From the NCBI RefSeq assembly GCF_009914755.1, contig NC_060940.1: a stretch of DNA of 64,000 bases; one strand, 5' to 3'. This stretch comes from the human T2T-CHM13v2.0 reference genome, Homo sapiens. The translations under genes and the position numbers were made by a program. Within the stretch, counting starts at the first letter, position 1. Each line of letters begins with the position of its first letter. The notes beneath the pieces are model-generated. The model did not search any database, was not told the DNA's origin, and saw only the letters and a list, made by a program, of their open reading frames with translations. Positions 42,745 to 58,100 of this stretch are shown here, one piece after another.

Positions 42745-45700
42745 TCATTCAACGATGATTTGATTCGTGTCCATTCGATGATTCCATTTGATTCCACTTG
42801 ATGATGATTCCATTCGAGTCCATTTGATGATTCCATTCAATTCCATTCTCCGATGACTTCTTTTGAGCCCATTCAATGCTTCCACTCGATTCCATATGAT
42901 GATGACTCCATTCGATGAAATTCGATGATGATTCCATTCGCTTGCATTCGATGATGATTCCACTTGAGTCCATTAGAAGATTCTATTCAATTACATTCCA
43001 TGACGATTCCGTTCGAGTCCATTTGATGATTCCATTAGACTCCATTCGACGATGATTCCATTCGAGGTTATTCGATGATTCCATTCGATCTCATTCGATG
43101 ATGATTCCATTCAACTCCATTCGATGTTTCCATTCGTGTTCATTCTATTATTCCATTAGATTCCATTCGATGATGATTCCATTCGATTCCATTTGATGAT
43201 TGCATTCTATTTCATTTGATGATGATTCCATTCGAGTCCACTCGATGATTCCATTCGAGTCCATTTAATGAATCCATTGGTTTCAATTCTATGATGATTA
43301 CATTGGATTACATTCGTTGATGATTTCATTCGGTTCCATTCAATGATGATTCTATTCAATTCCTTTCAATGTTTCCATTCAATTCCATACGATGATGATT
43401 CCATTTGATTTGATTAGACAGTGAGCCATTCGATTCAATTCCATGATGATTCTATTTGATTCAATTGGTTGACATTTCCATTCGATTCCATTCGATGATG
43501 ATTCCCTTTGATTCAATTCAAAGATGATTCCATTCTAGCCCATTCAATCATTCCATTCGATTCTATTCAATGATGATTCCATTCATGTCGATTTGGTGAT
43601 TCCATTTGACTTCATTTGATGATGATTCCTTTCAAGTTCATTAGATGATTCCATTCGATTCCATTTGATGATGATCCCATTCGAGTCCATTCAGTGATTC
43701 CACTCGTTTCCATTCCATGATGATTCCATTCCATTCCATTCAATGATTCCATTCGATTCCGTTTGATGATGATTTCATTCGAGTCCATTTGATGATTCCA
43801 TTTGATTCCATTCGATGATGATTCCATTCGAGTCCATTCGATGATTCTATTCGAATCCATTTGATGATTTCTTTTGATTATAGTTGGTGATGATTCCATT
43901 GGAGTCCATTCAATGATTCCATTCTATTCCAATCGATGATGATTCCATTAGAGTCCATTTAATGATTCCATTTGATTCCAGTCTCTGATGATTACATTCG
44001 AGTCCATACGATGATTCCACTCAATTCCATATGATGATGATTCCATTCGATTCCATTCGATGATTCCATTCTATTCTATTCAATGGTGATTCCATTCGAT
44101 TCCATTCAATGATGATTCTATTTGTGTCCCTTAGATGATTCCACATGATTCCATTAGATGATGATACTATTTGAGCCCATCCAATGATTCCCTTCGATTC
44201 CATTCGATGAGGATTCCATTCGATTCAGTTCATTGGTGATTCTATTCAATTCAATTCTTTGATTCCATTCCATTCCATTCGACAATGATTCCATTCGATT
44301 TCTTTCGATGATTCCACTCGATTCCACTTGACATTGATTCCTTTCGATTCCATTCAGTGATTCCATTTGATTCCAGTGGATGATGATTGCCATCGATTCC
44401 ATTCGATCACTCCATTCTATTCCATTTGATGATGATTACATTCGATTCCATTTGACGATTCCATCTGATTCTATTCGAGGATTCCATTTGATTCCATTCG
44501 ATGATGATTCCATTCGAGTCCATTCGATGATTTCATTCGAGTACATCCAATGATTCCATTCGAGTCCATTTGATGATTCCATTTGATTCCATTTGATAAT
44601 GATTCTACTAGAGTCCATTCAATGACTCCATTGGAGTCCATTCAACAATTCCATTCGACTCCATTGGATGATTCCATTCGATTCCATTTGATGATTCCAT
44701 TCGAGTCCATTTAATCATTACAGTCGAGTCCATTTGGTGATTCCACCGGATTTCTTTTGATAATGATACCATTCAATTACATTTGATGATGATCCCATTC
44801 AATTTCATTTGATGGTGATTCCATTAGAGTCCATTCGATGATTTCATTCGAGTCCCTTCATTGATTCCATCCGATTTCATTGGATGATGACTCCATTCGA
44901 GTCCATTCGATGATTCCACTCGATTCCATTAGATGATTCCATTGGAGTCCATTTGATTGTTCCATTCGATTCCATTCGATTTCTTTCGAAGATTATTCCA
45001 TTTGAGTCCATTCGATGATGATTCCATTCCATTCCATTCGATGATTCCGTTTGATTCCATTCGATGATTCCCTTCGATTCCTTTCTTTGATGATTCCATT
45101 CCATTCCATTCAATGATTCCATTCGAATCTATTCCATGATGATTCCTTTCGATTCCATTCGCTGATGTTTCCTTTCAATTCCATTCGATGATGATTCCAT
45201 TCGATTCCATTCATTGAGGATTCCATTTGATTCCATTCAATGATGATTCCGTTCTATTCCATTCAATGATTGCATTCAATTCCATTCAATGATTATCCCC
45301 TTAGAGTAAACTCAACGATTCCATTCAATACCATTCGATGGTGATTCCTTTTGAGTCCATTCAATGATTTCATTCAAGTCCATTTGATGATTCCTTTCAA
45401 TTCCATTCTATGATGATTCCATTCGAGTCCATTCGATGATTCCATTCGATTGCATTCGATGATTCCATTATATTCCAGTCAACGATGATTCCATTCGAGT
45501 CCATTCGATGATTCCATTAGAGTACATTTAATGATTGCTTTGTTTTCAATTCGAAGATGATTACATTGGATTCCATTCTATGATACCATTCGATTCCATT
45601 CAATGATGATTCCACTCAAATCCATTGGATGATTCCATTCGTGTCCATTCGGTGATTTCATTAGATTCCATTCGAGGATGATTCCATTCGATTCCATTCG

Positions 45701-48700
45701 ATGATTCCATTCAATTCCATTCGATGATGATTCCATTCCAGTCCATATGATCATTCCATTTGATTTCATTCGATGATGATTCCATTCGATTCCATTCGAT
45801 GATTCCATTCTATTCCATTCGATGATGATTCCATTCGAGTCCATTTAATGATTCCATTGGGTTCAATTCAATGATGATTACATTGGATTCCGTTCTATGA
45901 TTCCATTCAATTCCTTTCATTGAAAATTTGATTCCATTCGATGATGATTCAATTTGAGTTCATTCGATGATTCTATTCGATTCTCTTCGATGGTGATTCA
46001 ATTCTATTATATTGGATGATTCCATTCGATTCCATTTGATGTTGATTCAATTCGATTCTATTCGATGATGATTCCATTGGATTTCACTTGATGATTCTAT
46101 TCGATTCCATTCAATGATGATTCACTTCTCGTCCATTGGATGATTCCATTTCATTCCATTCGATGATGATTTCCTTCGATTCCATGCGACGGTGAGCAAT
46201 TCGATTCAATTCCATGATGATTCTATTTGATTCAATTAGATGATGTTTCCATTCGAATCCATTCCATGATTATTCCATTGGAATCCATTCGGCGATGATT
46301 CCATATGAGTCAATTCAATGATGATTCCATATGGGTCCGTTCGATGATAATTCCATTTGATTTCATTCGGTGCTTCTATTCAATTCCAGTCGATGATGAT
46401 TCCGTTGGAGTCCATACGATGATTCCATTTGATTTCATTTGATGATGATTCCATTCGTTGATGATTACATTGGATTCCAGTCTATGATTCCATTCAATTC
46501 CATTCGTTGATGATTCGATTCCATTCAATGATGATTCCATTTGAGTTCATTCGATGATTCTATTCGATTCCGTTCGATGGTGATTCAATTCTCTTATATT
46601 GGATGAATCCACTCGATTCCATTTGATGATTATTCCATTGGAGTCCACTTAGTGAATCCTTCAGATTCTACTCGAAGATGATTCCATTCAAGTCCATTCG
46701 ATGATACCATTCAATTCCATTCGTTGATGCTTCCATTCAAGTGCATTCGATGATATCATTCGATTCCATTTGATGATAATTCCATTTCATTCCATGCGAT
46801 GATTCTATTCGATTCCATTCAATGATAATTCCATTCAGTTCAGTGATTCCTCTGGACTCCATTTGATGATGATTCCATTCAATGATTCCATTCGATTCTA
46901 TTCGAAAATGATTCCATTTGAACCCATTTGATGATGATTCCATTAGATTCCATTTGATGATTCCATTCGATTCCATTCGACGATGATTCCATTCGATTCC
47001 ATTTGATGATTCCATTCTATTCTATTCGATGATGATTCCATTCGATTCCATTCGATGATGATTGGATTTGATTCCATTTGATGATTTCATTTGATTCCAT
47101 TCGTTAATGATTTTGATCAATTCCATTCGATGATTCCATTCGATTCCATTCGATAATGATTACATCCGTGTCCATTCGATGATTCCATTTGAGCCTGTTC
47201 GATAATTCCATTTGAGTCCAACCAATGATTCCATTCATTTCCATTCAATGATTCCATTCGAGTCCATTTGACCATTCCGGTAGGGTCCATTCGATGTTGA
47301 TTCCATTGGAGTGCATTCGATGATTCCATTCGAGTCCTTTTTATGATTTGATTCGAGTCCTTTCGATGATTCCATTCGATTCCACTCGATGATGATTTCA
47401 TTCGAGTCCATTCGACACTTCCAATCGATTCCATTTGATGTTTCCATTCGAGTCCAATTGATGATTCCATTCAATTCCATTCGATGATGATTCCGTACGA
47501 TTCCATTCTGTGATGATTCCATGTGATTGCATTCAATGATGATTCCTTTAGATTGCATTCGATTGTGATTCATTTCGTCTTCATTCTATGGTTCCACAGG
47601 TTTCCATTCGTGTCCATTCCATTATTCCATTCTATTCCATTTGATGATGATTCCATTCGATTCCATTCATTGGTGATTCCACTCAATTCCATTCAATGAT
47701 TCCATTCCATTTCTTTCAACAATGATTCCATTAGTTTCTAATCGATGATCCACTTGATTCCATTTGACGACGATTCCATTCTTGTCCATTCGATGATTCC
47801 ATTTGATTCCATATGATGATGATTCCATTCGATTCCATACGATGATGATTCCATTCGAGTCCATTCAATGGTGATTCCATTCAATTCCATTCGATGATTC
47901 CTTTCGATTCCATTCGATGATGATGGCATTCGATTCCTTTCAATCATTACCTTTGATTCCATTCAAAGGTGATTTCATTCAAGTCCATTCGATAATTGCA
48001 TTCGATTCCATTCTATGATGATTCCATTCGAGTCCATTTGATGATTCCATTCAATTCAAGTCAATGATGATTCCATTCGATTCCATTCGATGATTCCATT
48101 GGATTCCATTCGATGATGATTCCATTCAAATCCATTCGATAATTCAATTCAAGTCCATTCGATGATGATTAAAATCGAATCCATTCAAAGATTCCATTCA
48201 GTTCCATTCGATGATTCCCTTAGATTCCATTCGATGATTCCACTTGATTCCATTTACGATGATTCCATTCGATTCCATGTGATGATTCCATTCAATTCTA
48301 TTCAATGCTGTTTCCATTTGATTCCATTCGACCATGATTGCCTTTGATTCCATTCAATGACTCCATTCGGTTCCTTTTGATGATGATTCCGTTCGATTCC
48401 ATTTCATTATTCCATTTGATTCCATTGGATGAGTCCATTCGATTACATTCGATGATTATTCCATTCGAGTGCATTAGATGATTCCATTCGAGTCCATTCG
48501 ATGATTCCATTCGATTCCATTCGATGTTGATTCTGTTCAAATCCATTCGACGATTCCACTCGATTCCATTCGATGACTCCAGTTGATCCCATTCGATGAT
48601 TTCCTTTGATTCCCTTTGATGATCATTCCATTTGATTCAATTCGGTGATTTCATTTGATTCCATTCAGTGATGTTTCCATTCGACTCCATTCGATGATGA

Positions 48701-48787
48701 TTCCATTCGACTCCATTCGATTATGATTTCATTCAATTCCATTCGATAATGATTCCCTTTGAGTCCATTCGATGATTCCATTCGATT
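42745..48787 (+). repeat. About 6.1-kb-period domain, unit R1 (about 6,043 bp)
   Basis: ORFs 42749/48792 and 43612/49655 are offset by 6,043; 44436/50502 and 44877/50943 by 6,066. Confidence 0.85.
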
Positions 48788-51700
48788 CCATTCAACAATG
48801 ATTTGATTCGTGTCCATTCGATGATTCCATTTGATTCCACTTGATGATGATTCCATTCGAGTCCATTTGATGATTCCATTCAATTCCATTCTCCGATGAT
48901 TTCTTTTGAGCCCATTCAATGCTTCCACTCGATTCCATATGATGATGACTCCATTCGATGAAATTCGATGATGATTCCATTCGCTTGCATTCGATAATGA
49001 TTCCACTTGAGTCCATTAGATGATTCTATTCAATTACATTCCATGACGATTCCGTTCGAGTCCATGTGATGATTCCATTAGACTCCATTCGACGATGATT
49101 CCATTCGATGTTATTCGATGATTCCATTCGATCTCATTCGATGATGATTCCATTCAACTCCATTCGATGTTTCCATTCGAGTTCATTCTATTATTCCATT
49201 AGATTCCATTCGATGATGATTCCATTCGATTCCATTTGATGATTGCATTCTATTTCATTTGATGATGATTCCATTCGAGTCCACTCGATGATTCCATTCG
49301 AGTCCATTTAATGAATCCATTGGTTTCAATTCTATGATGATTACATTGGATTACATTCGTTGATGATTTCATTCGGTTCCATTCAATGATGATTCCATTC
49401 AATTCCTTTCAATGTTTCCATTCAATTCCATACGATGATGATTCCATTTGATTTGATTCGACAGTGAGCCATTCGATTCAATTCCATGATGATTCTATTT
49501 GATTCCATTGGTTGACATTTCCATTCGATTCCATTCGATGATGATTCCCTTTGATTCCATTCAAAGATGATTCCATTCTAGCCCATTCAATCATTCCATT
49601 CGATTCTATTCAATGATGATTCCATTCATGTCGATTTGGTGATTCCATTTGACTTCATTTGATGATGATTCCTTTCAAGTTCATTAGATGATTCCATTCG
49701 ATTCCATTTGATGATGATCCCATTCGAGTCCATTCAGTGATTCCACTCGTTTCCATTCCATGATGATTCCATTCCATTCCATTCAATGATTCCATTCGAT
49801 TCCGTTGGATGATGATTTCATTCGAGTCCATTTGATGATTCCATTTGATTCCATTCGATGATGATTCCATTCGAGTCCATTCGATGATTCTATTCGAATC
49901 CATTTGATGATTTCCTTTGATTATAGTTGTTGATGATTCCATTGGAGTCCATTCAATGATTCCATTCGATTCCAATCGATGGTGATTCCATTAGAGTCCA
50001 TTTAACGATTCCATTTGATTCCAGTCTCTGATGATTACATTCGAGTCCATACGATGATTCCACTCAATTCCATATGATGATGATTCCATTCCATTCCATT
50101 CGATGATTCCATTCTATTCTATTCAATGGTGATTCCATTCGAGTACATTAGATGATTCCATTCGATTCCATTCAATGATGATTCTATTTGTGTCCCTTAG
50201 ATGAGTCCACATGATTCCATTAGATCATGATACTATTTGAGCCCATCCAATGATTCCCTTCGATTCCATTCGATGAGGATTCCATTCGATTCAATTCATT
50301 GGTGATTCTATTCAATTCAATTCTTTGATTCCATTCCATTCCATTCGACAATGATTCCATTCGATTTCTTTCGATGATTCCACTCGATTCCACTTGACAT
50401 TGATTCCCTTCGATTCCATTCAATGATTCCATTTGATTCCAGTGGATGATGATTGCCATCGATTCCATTCGATCATTCCATTCTATTCCATTTGATGATG
50501 ATTACATTCGATTCCATTTGACGATTCCATCTGATTCTATTCGAGGATTCCATTTGATTCCATTCGATGATGATTCCATTCGAGTCCATTCGATGATTTC
50601 ATTCGAGTACATCCAATGATTCCATTCGAGTCCATTTGATGATTCCATTTGATTCCATTTGATAATGATTCTACTAGAGTCCATTCAATGACTCCATTGG
50701 AGTCCATTCAACAATTCCATTCGACTCCATTTGATGATTCCATTCGATTCCATTTGATGATTCCATTCGAGTCCATTTAATCATTACAGTCGAGTCCATT
50801 TGGTGATTCCACCGGATTTCTTTTGATAATGATACCATTCAATTACATTTGATGATGATCCCATTCAATTTCATTTGATGGTGATTCCATTAGAGTCCAT
50901 TCGATGATTTCATTCGAGTCCCTTCATTGATTCCATCCGATTTCATTGGATGATGACTCCATTCGAGTCCATTCGATGATTCCACTCGATTCCATTAGAT
51001 GATTCCATTGGAGTCCATTTGATTGTTCCATTCGATTCCATTCGATTCCTTTCGAAGATTATTCCATTTGAGTCCATTCGATGATGATTCCATTCCATTC
51101 CATTCGATGATTCCGTTTGATTCCATTCGATGATTCCCTTCGATTCCTTTCTTTGATGATTCCATTCCATTCCATTCAATGATTCCATTCGAATCTATTC
51201 CATGATGATTCCTTTCGATTCCATTCGCTGATGTTTCCTTTCAATTCCATTCGATGATGATTCCATTCGATTCCATTCATTGAGGATTCCATTTGATTCC
51301 ATTCAATGATGATTCCATTCTATTCCATTCAATGATTGCATTCAATTCCATTCAATGATTATCCCCTTAGAGTAAACTCAACGATTCCATTCAATACCAT
51401 TCGATGATGATTCCTTTTGAGTCCATTCAATGATTTCATTCAAGTCCATTTGATGATTCCTTTCAATTCCATTCTATGATGATTCCATTTGAGTCCATTC
51501 GATGATTCCATTCGATTGCATTCGATGATTCCATTATATTCCAGTCAACGATGATTCCATTCGAGTCCATTCGATGATTCCATTAGAGTACATTTAATGA
51601 TTGCTTTGTTTTCAATTCCAAGATGATTACATTGGATTCCATTCTATGATACCATTCGATTCCATTCAATGATGATTCCACTCAAATCCATTGGATGATT

Positions 51701-54700
51701 CCATTCGTGTCCATTCGGTGATTTCATTAGATTCCATTCGAGGATGATTCCATTCGATTCCATTCGATGATTCCATTCAATTCCATTCGATGATGATTCC
51801 ATTCCAGTCCATATGATCATTCCATTTGATTTCATTCGATGATGATTCCATTCGATTCCATTCGATGATTCCATTCTATTCCATTCGATGATGATTCCAT
51901 TCCAGTCCATGTGATCATTCCATTTGATTTCATTCGATGATGATTCCATTCGATTCCATTCGATGATTCCATTCTATTCCATTCGATGATGATTCCATTC
52001 GAGTCCATTCGATGATTCCATTCGAGTCCATTTAATGATTCCATTGGGTTCAATTCAATGATGATTACATTGGATTCCGTTCTATGATTCCATTCAATTC
52101 CGTTCATTGACAATTTGATTCCATTCGATGATGATTCCATTTGAGTTCATTCGATGATTCTATTTGATTCTCTTCGATGGTGATTCAATTCTATTATATT
52201 GGATGATTCCATTCGATTCCATTTGATGTTGATTCAATTCGATTCTATTCGATGATGATTCCATTGGATTTCACTTGATGATTCTATTCGATTCCATTCA
52301 ATGATGATTCACTTCTCGTCCATTGGATGATTCCATTTCATTCCATTCGATGATGATTCCATTCGATTCCATTCGATGATTCCATTTGATTCCATGTGTC
52401 GGTGAGCAATTCGATTCAATTCCATGATGATTCTATTTGATTCAATTAGATGATGTTTCCATTCGAATCCATTCCATGATTATTCCATTGGAATCCATTC
52501 GGCGATGATTCCATATGAGTCAATTCAATGATGATTCCATATGGGTCCGTTCGATGATAATTCCATTTGATTTCATTCGGTGCTTCTATTCAATTCCAGT
52601 CGATGATGATTCCGTTGGAGTCCATACGATGATTCCATTTGATTTCATTTGATGATGATTCCATTCGTTGATGATTACATTGGATTCCAGTCTATGATTC
52701 CATTCAATTCCATTCGTTGATGATTCGATTCCATTCAATGATGATTCCATTTGAGTTCATTCGATGATTCTATTCGATTCCGTTCGATGGTGATTCAATT
52801 CTCTTATATTGGATGAATCCACTCGATTCCATTTGATGATTATTCCATTGGAGTCCACTTAGTGAATCCTTCAGATTCTACTCGAAGATGATTCCATTCA
52901 AGTCCATTCGATGATACCATTCAATTCCATTCGTTGATGCTTCCATTCAAGTGCATTCGATGATATCATTCGATTCCATTTGATGATAATTCCATTTCAT
53001 TCCATGCGATGATTCTATTCGATTCCATTCAATGATAATTCCATTCAGTTCAGTGATTCCTCTGGACTCCATTTGATGATGATTCCATTCAATGATTCCA
53101 TTCGATTCTATTCGAAAATGATTCCATTTGAACCCATTTGATGATGATTCCATTAGATTCCATTTGATGATTCCATTCGATTCCATTCGACGATGATTCC
53201 ATTCGATTCCATTTGATGATTCCATTCTATTCTATTCGATGATGATTCCATTCGATTCCATTCGATGATGATTGGATTTGATTCCATTTGATGATTTCAT
53301 TTGATTCCATTCGTTAATGATTTTGATCAATTCCATTCGATGATTCCATTCGATTCCATTCGATAATGATTACATCCGTGTCCATTCAATGATTCCATTT
53401 GAGCCTGTTCGATAATTCCATTTGAGTCCAACCAATGATTCCATTCATTTCCATTCAATGATTCCATTCGAGTCCATTTGACCATTCCGGTAGGGTCCAT
53501 TCGATGTTGATTCCATTGGAGTGCATTCGATGATTCCATTCGAGTCCATTTTATGATTTGATTCGAGTCCTTTCGATGATTCCATTCGATTCCACTCGAT
53601 GATGATTTCATTCGAGTCCATTCGACACTTCCAATCGATTCCATTTGATGTTTCCATTCGAGTCCAATTGATGATTCCATTCAATTCCATTCGATGATGA
53701 TTCCGTACGATTCCATTCTGTGATGATTCCATGTGATTGCATTCAATGATGATTCCTTTAGATTGCATTCGATTGTGATTCATTTCGTGTTCATTCTATG
53801 GTTCCACAGGTTTCCATTCGATGACGTTTCCGTTCGTGTCCATTCCATTATTCCATTCTATTTCATTTGATGATGATTCCATTCGATTCCATTCATTGGT
53901 GATTCCACTCAATTCCATTCAATGATTCCATTCCATTTCTTTCAACAATGATTCCCTTAGTTTCTATTCGATGATCCACTTGATTCCATTTGGCGATGAT
54001 TCCATTCGTGTCCATTCGATGATTCCATTTGATTCCATATGATGATGATTCCATTCGATTCCATACCATGATGATTCCATTCGAGTCCATTCAATGGTGA
54101 TTCCATTCAATTCCATTCGATGATTCCTTCCGATTCCATTCGATGATGATGGCATTCGATTCCTTTCAATCATTCCCTTTGATTCCATTCAAAGGTGATT
54201 TCATTCAAGTCCATTCGATAATTGCATTCGATTCCATTCTATGATGATTCCATTCGAGTCCATTTGATGATTCCATTCAATTCAAGTCAATGATGATTCC
54301 ATTCAATTCCACTCGATGATTCCATTGGATTCCATTCGATGATGATTCCATTCAAATCCATTCGATAATTCAATTCAAGTCCATTCGATGATGATTCCAA
54401 TCGAATCCATTCAAAGATTCCATTCAATTCCATTCGATGATGATTCCCTTAGATTCCATTCGATGATTCCACTTGATTCCATTTACGATGATTCCATTCG
54501 ATTCTATGTGATGAATCCATTCAATTCTATTCAATGATGTTTCCATTTGATTCCATTGGACCATGATTGCCTTTGATTCCATTCAATGATTCCATTCGGT
54601 TCCATTTGATGATGATTCCGTTCGATTCCATTTCATTATTCCATTTGATTCCATTGGATGAGTCCATTCGATTACATTCGATGATTATTCCATTCGAGTG

Positions 54701-55017
54701 CATTAGATGATTGCATTCGAGTCCATTCGATGATTCCATTCGATTATATTCGATGTTGATTCTGTTCAAATCCATTCGATGATTCCACTCGATTCCATTC
54801 GATGACTCCATTTGATCCCATTCGATGATTTCCTGTGATTCCCTTTGATGATCATTCTATTTGATTCAATTCGGTGATTTCATTTCATTCCATTCAGTGA
54901 TGTTTCCATTCGACTGTATTCGATGATGATTCCATTCGACTCCATTCGATTATGATTTCATTCAATTCCATTCAATAATGATTCCCTTCGAGTCCATTCG
55001 ATGATTCCATTCGATTC
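48788..55017 (+). repeat. About 6.1-kb-period domain, unit R2 (about 6,229 bp)
   Basis: Offsets rise to 6,210 (46737/52947), 6,226 (47667/53893) and 6,229 (48298/54527) through visible indels. Confidence 0.85.
51803..51998 (+). repeat. 98-bp tandem duplication private to unit R2
   Basis: TCCAGTCCAT(A/G)TGATCATTCC at 51803 and 51901; the R2-R3 offset falls from 9,990 to 9,892 across it. Confidence 0.9.
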
Positions 55018-55110
55018 CATTCAACGATGATTTGATTCGTTTCCATTCGATGATTCCATTTGATTCCACTTGATGATGATTCCATTCGAGTCCATTTGAT
55101 GATTCCATTC

Positions 55111-58100
55111 GAGTCTATTTATGTATTATATTCGTGTCCACTTCATGATTCCATTCAATTCCATTTAATGTTGATTCCATTTGATTCCATTTGATGATTC
55201 AGTTCGATTCCTTGCAATGATTCCCTACGATTCCTTTCTCTGATGATTCCATTCGATTCCATTCATTGATGATTTCATTCGACTCCATTCGATGATGATT
55301 CCTTTCGATTCCATTTGACGATGTTTCCATTCGAGTCCATTCGATGATGATTCTATTCAATTCTGTTCTATTATGATTCCATTCGATTTCATTCAATGCT
55401 TCTATTTGATTCCATTCGATGATGATTCCATCTCTTTCCCTTCGATGATTCCATTTGATTCCATTCAGTGATGATTCCATTTGATTCCATCTGATGATGA
55501 TTTCACTTGATTCCTTTCAATGATGATTCAATTCAAGTCCATTCGATGATTCCATTGGAGTCCAAACGATCATTCCGTTCGATTCCATTCAATGGTGATT
55601 CCATTCATGTCCATTCGATGAATCCATTCAATTCCATTCGATGATGACTCCATTCGAGTACATTCGATGATTCCATTTGATTCCATTTGAAGATGATTCC
55701 ATTCAATTCCATTCGAAGATGATTCCATTCAATTCCATTCGATGATGATTCCGTATGAATCCATTCTCTGATTATTCCATTCGATTCCATTCATTGACGA
55801 TTCCATTCAATTCCATTCAATGATGATTCTCTTCTATTCCATTCGATGATTCCGGTCGATTCCATTCGATGATGATTCCATTAGATTCCATTCGATTGTT
55901 GCATTCGATTCCCTTCGATGATGATTCCTTTGAATTCCATTCGATTATCATTCCGTATGAATCCATTTGATGATTATTCCATTGGATTCCTTTCGATGAT
56001 GATTCCATTTGATTCCATTTGATGATGTTTCTCTTGTATTCCATTGGATAATTCCTTTCAGTTCCCTTCGATGATTATTCTTTCGAGTCAATTCGATGAT
56101 TCTATTCCATTCCCTTCGATGATGATTCCATTTCACTCCATTTGATGATTCCATTCGACTCAATTTGGTGATGATTCAATTTGATGACATTCGATGACTC
56201 CATTCAATTTCATTTGATGATGATTACATTCGAGTCCATTTGATGATTGTATTCCTTTCCTTTTGATGATTATTCCATTCGTGTCTATTCAAAGGTTCCA
56301 TTCTATTCCATTCAATGATGATTGCATTTGATTCCATTCAATGATTATGGCTATCGATTCCACTCGTTGATTCCATTTGATTCTGTTCGATGATTATTCC
56401 GTTAGATTCCATTAGAAGATTCCATTCGATTTTATTCAATGATTCCAATGGATTCCATTCAATGATGATTCCATTCGACTCCATTCAGTGATTCCATTCG
56501 AGTCCATTTGATGATTCCATTCTTTTCCATTTGATGATGATTCCATTAGGGTCCATTCAATGATTCCATTCGAGTCCATTCGTTAATTCCTTTCGAGTCC
56601 TTTTGATCACTACATTCGAGTCCATTCAATGATTCTATTCGATTCCATTCCATGATGATTCCATTCGAGTTCATTCGATGATTGCATTCGAGTCCATTTG
56701 ATGATTCCATATGATTCCCTTCGACAATGATTCCATTCGTGTCCATTTGATGATTCCATTCATTTCCTATCGATGAAGATTCCATTCAAGTGTATTCGAT
56801 GATTCCATTCAAATCCATTCAATGATGATTCCATTCCAGTCCATTCGATCATTCCACTTGATTCCATTTGATGACTATTCCATTCAAATCCATTTGATGA
56901 TTCCATTCGATTCCATTCGATGTTACCATTCGAGTATATACGATGATTCCACTCGATTCCATTTGATGATTATTCCATTGGAGTCCACTTAGTGAATCCT
57001 TTAGATTCTACTGGAAGATGATTCCATTCGAGTCCATTCGATGATACCATTCAATTCCATTCGTTGATGCTTCCATTCAAGTGCATTCGATGATATCATT
57101 CGATTCCATTTGATGATAATTCCATTTGATTCCATGCGATGATTCTATTCGATTCCATTCAATGATAATTCCATTCAATTCAGTGATTCCTCTGGACTCC
57201 ATTTGATGATGATTCCATTCAATGATTCCATTCGATTCTATTCGAAAATGATTCCATTTGAATCCATTTGATGATGATTCCATTAGATTCCATTTGATGA
57301 TTCCATTCGATTCCATTCGATGATGATTCCATTCGATTCCTTTTGATGAATCCATTCTATTGTATTCGATGATGATTCCATTCGATTCCATTCGATGATT
57401 ATTGGATTCGATTCCATTTGATGATTTCATTTGATTCCATTCGATAAGGATTTCGATCAATTCCATTCGATGATTCCATTCGATTCCATTCGATAATGAT
57501 TACATCCGAGTCCATTCGATGATTCCATTTGAGCCCGTTCGATAATTCCATTTGAGTCCAATCAATGATTCCATTCATTTCCATTCAATGATTCCATTCG
57601 AGTCCATTTGATCATTCCGGTAGGGTCCGTTCGATGTTGATTCCATTGGAGTGCATTCGATGATTCCATTCGAGTCCATTTTAGGATTTGATTCGAGTCC
57701 TTTCGATGATTCCATTTGATTCCACTCGATGATTTCATTCGAGTCCATTCGACACTTCCAATCGATTCCATTTGATGTTTCCATTCGATTCCAATTGATG
57801 ATTCCATTCAATTCCATTCGATGATGATTCCGTACGATTCCATTCTGTGATGATTCCATGTGATTGCATTCAATGATGATTCCTTTCGATTGCATTCGAT
57901 TATGATTCATTTCGTGTTCATTCTATGGTTCCACAGGTTTCCATTCGATGATGTTTCCATTCGTGTCCATTCCATTATTCCATTCTATTCCATTTGAAGA
58001 TGATTCCATTCGATTCCATTCATTGGTGATTCCACTCAATTCCATTCAATGATTCCATTCCATTTCTTTCAACAATGATTCCATTAGTTTCTATTCGATG

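Noticed and set aside
48162-48347. The only plus-strand ORF
   Set aside because: Chance stop-free frame in satellite sequence, with no coding features.
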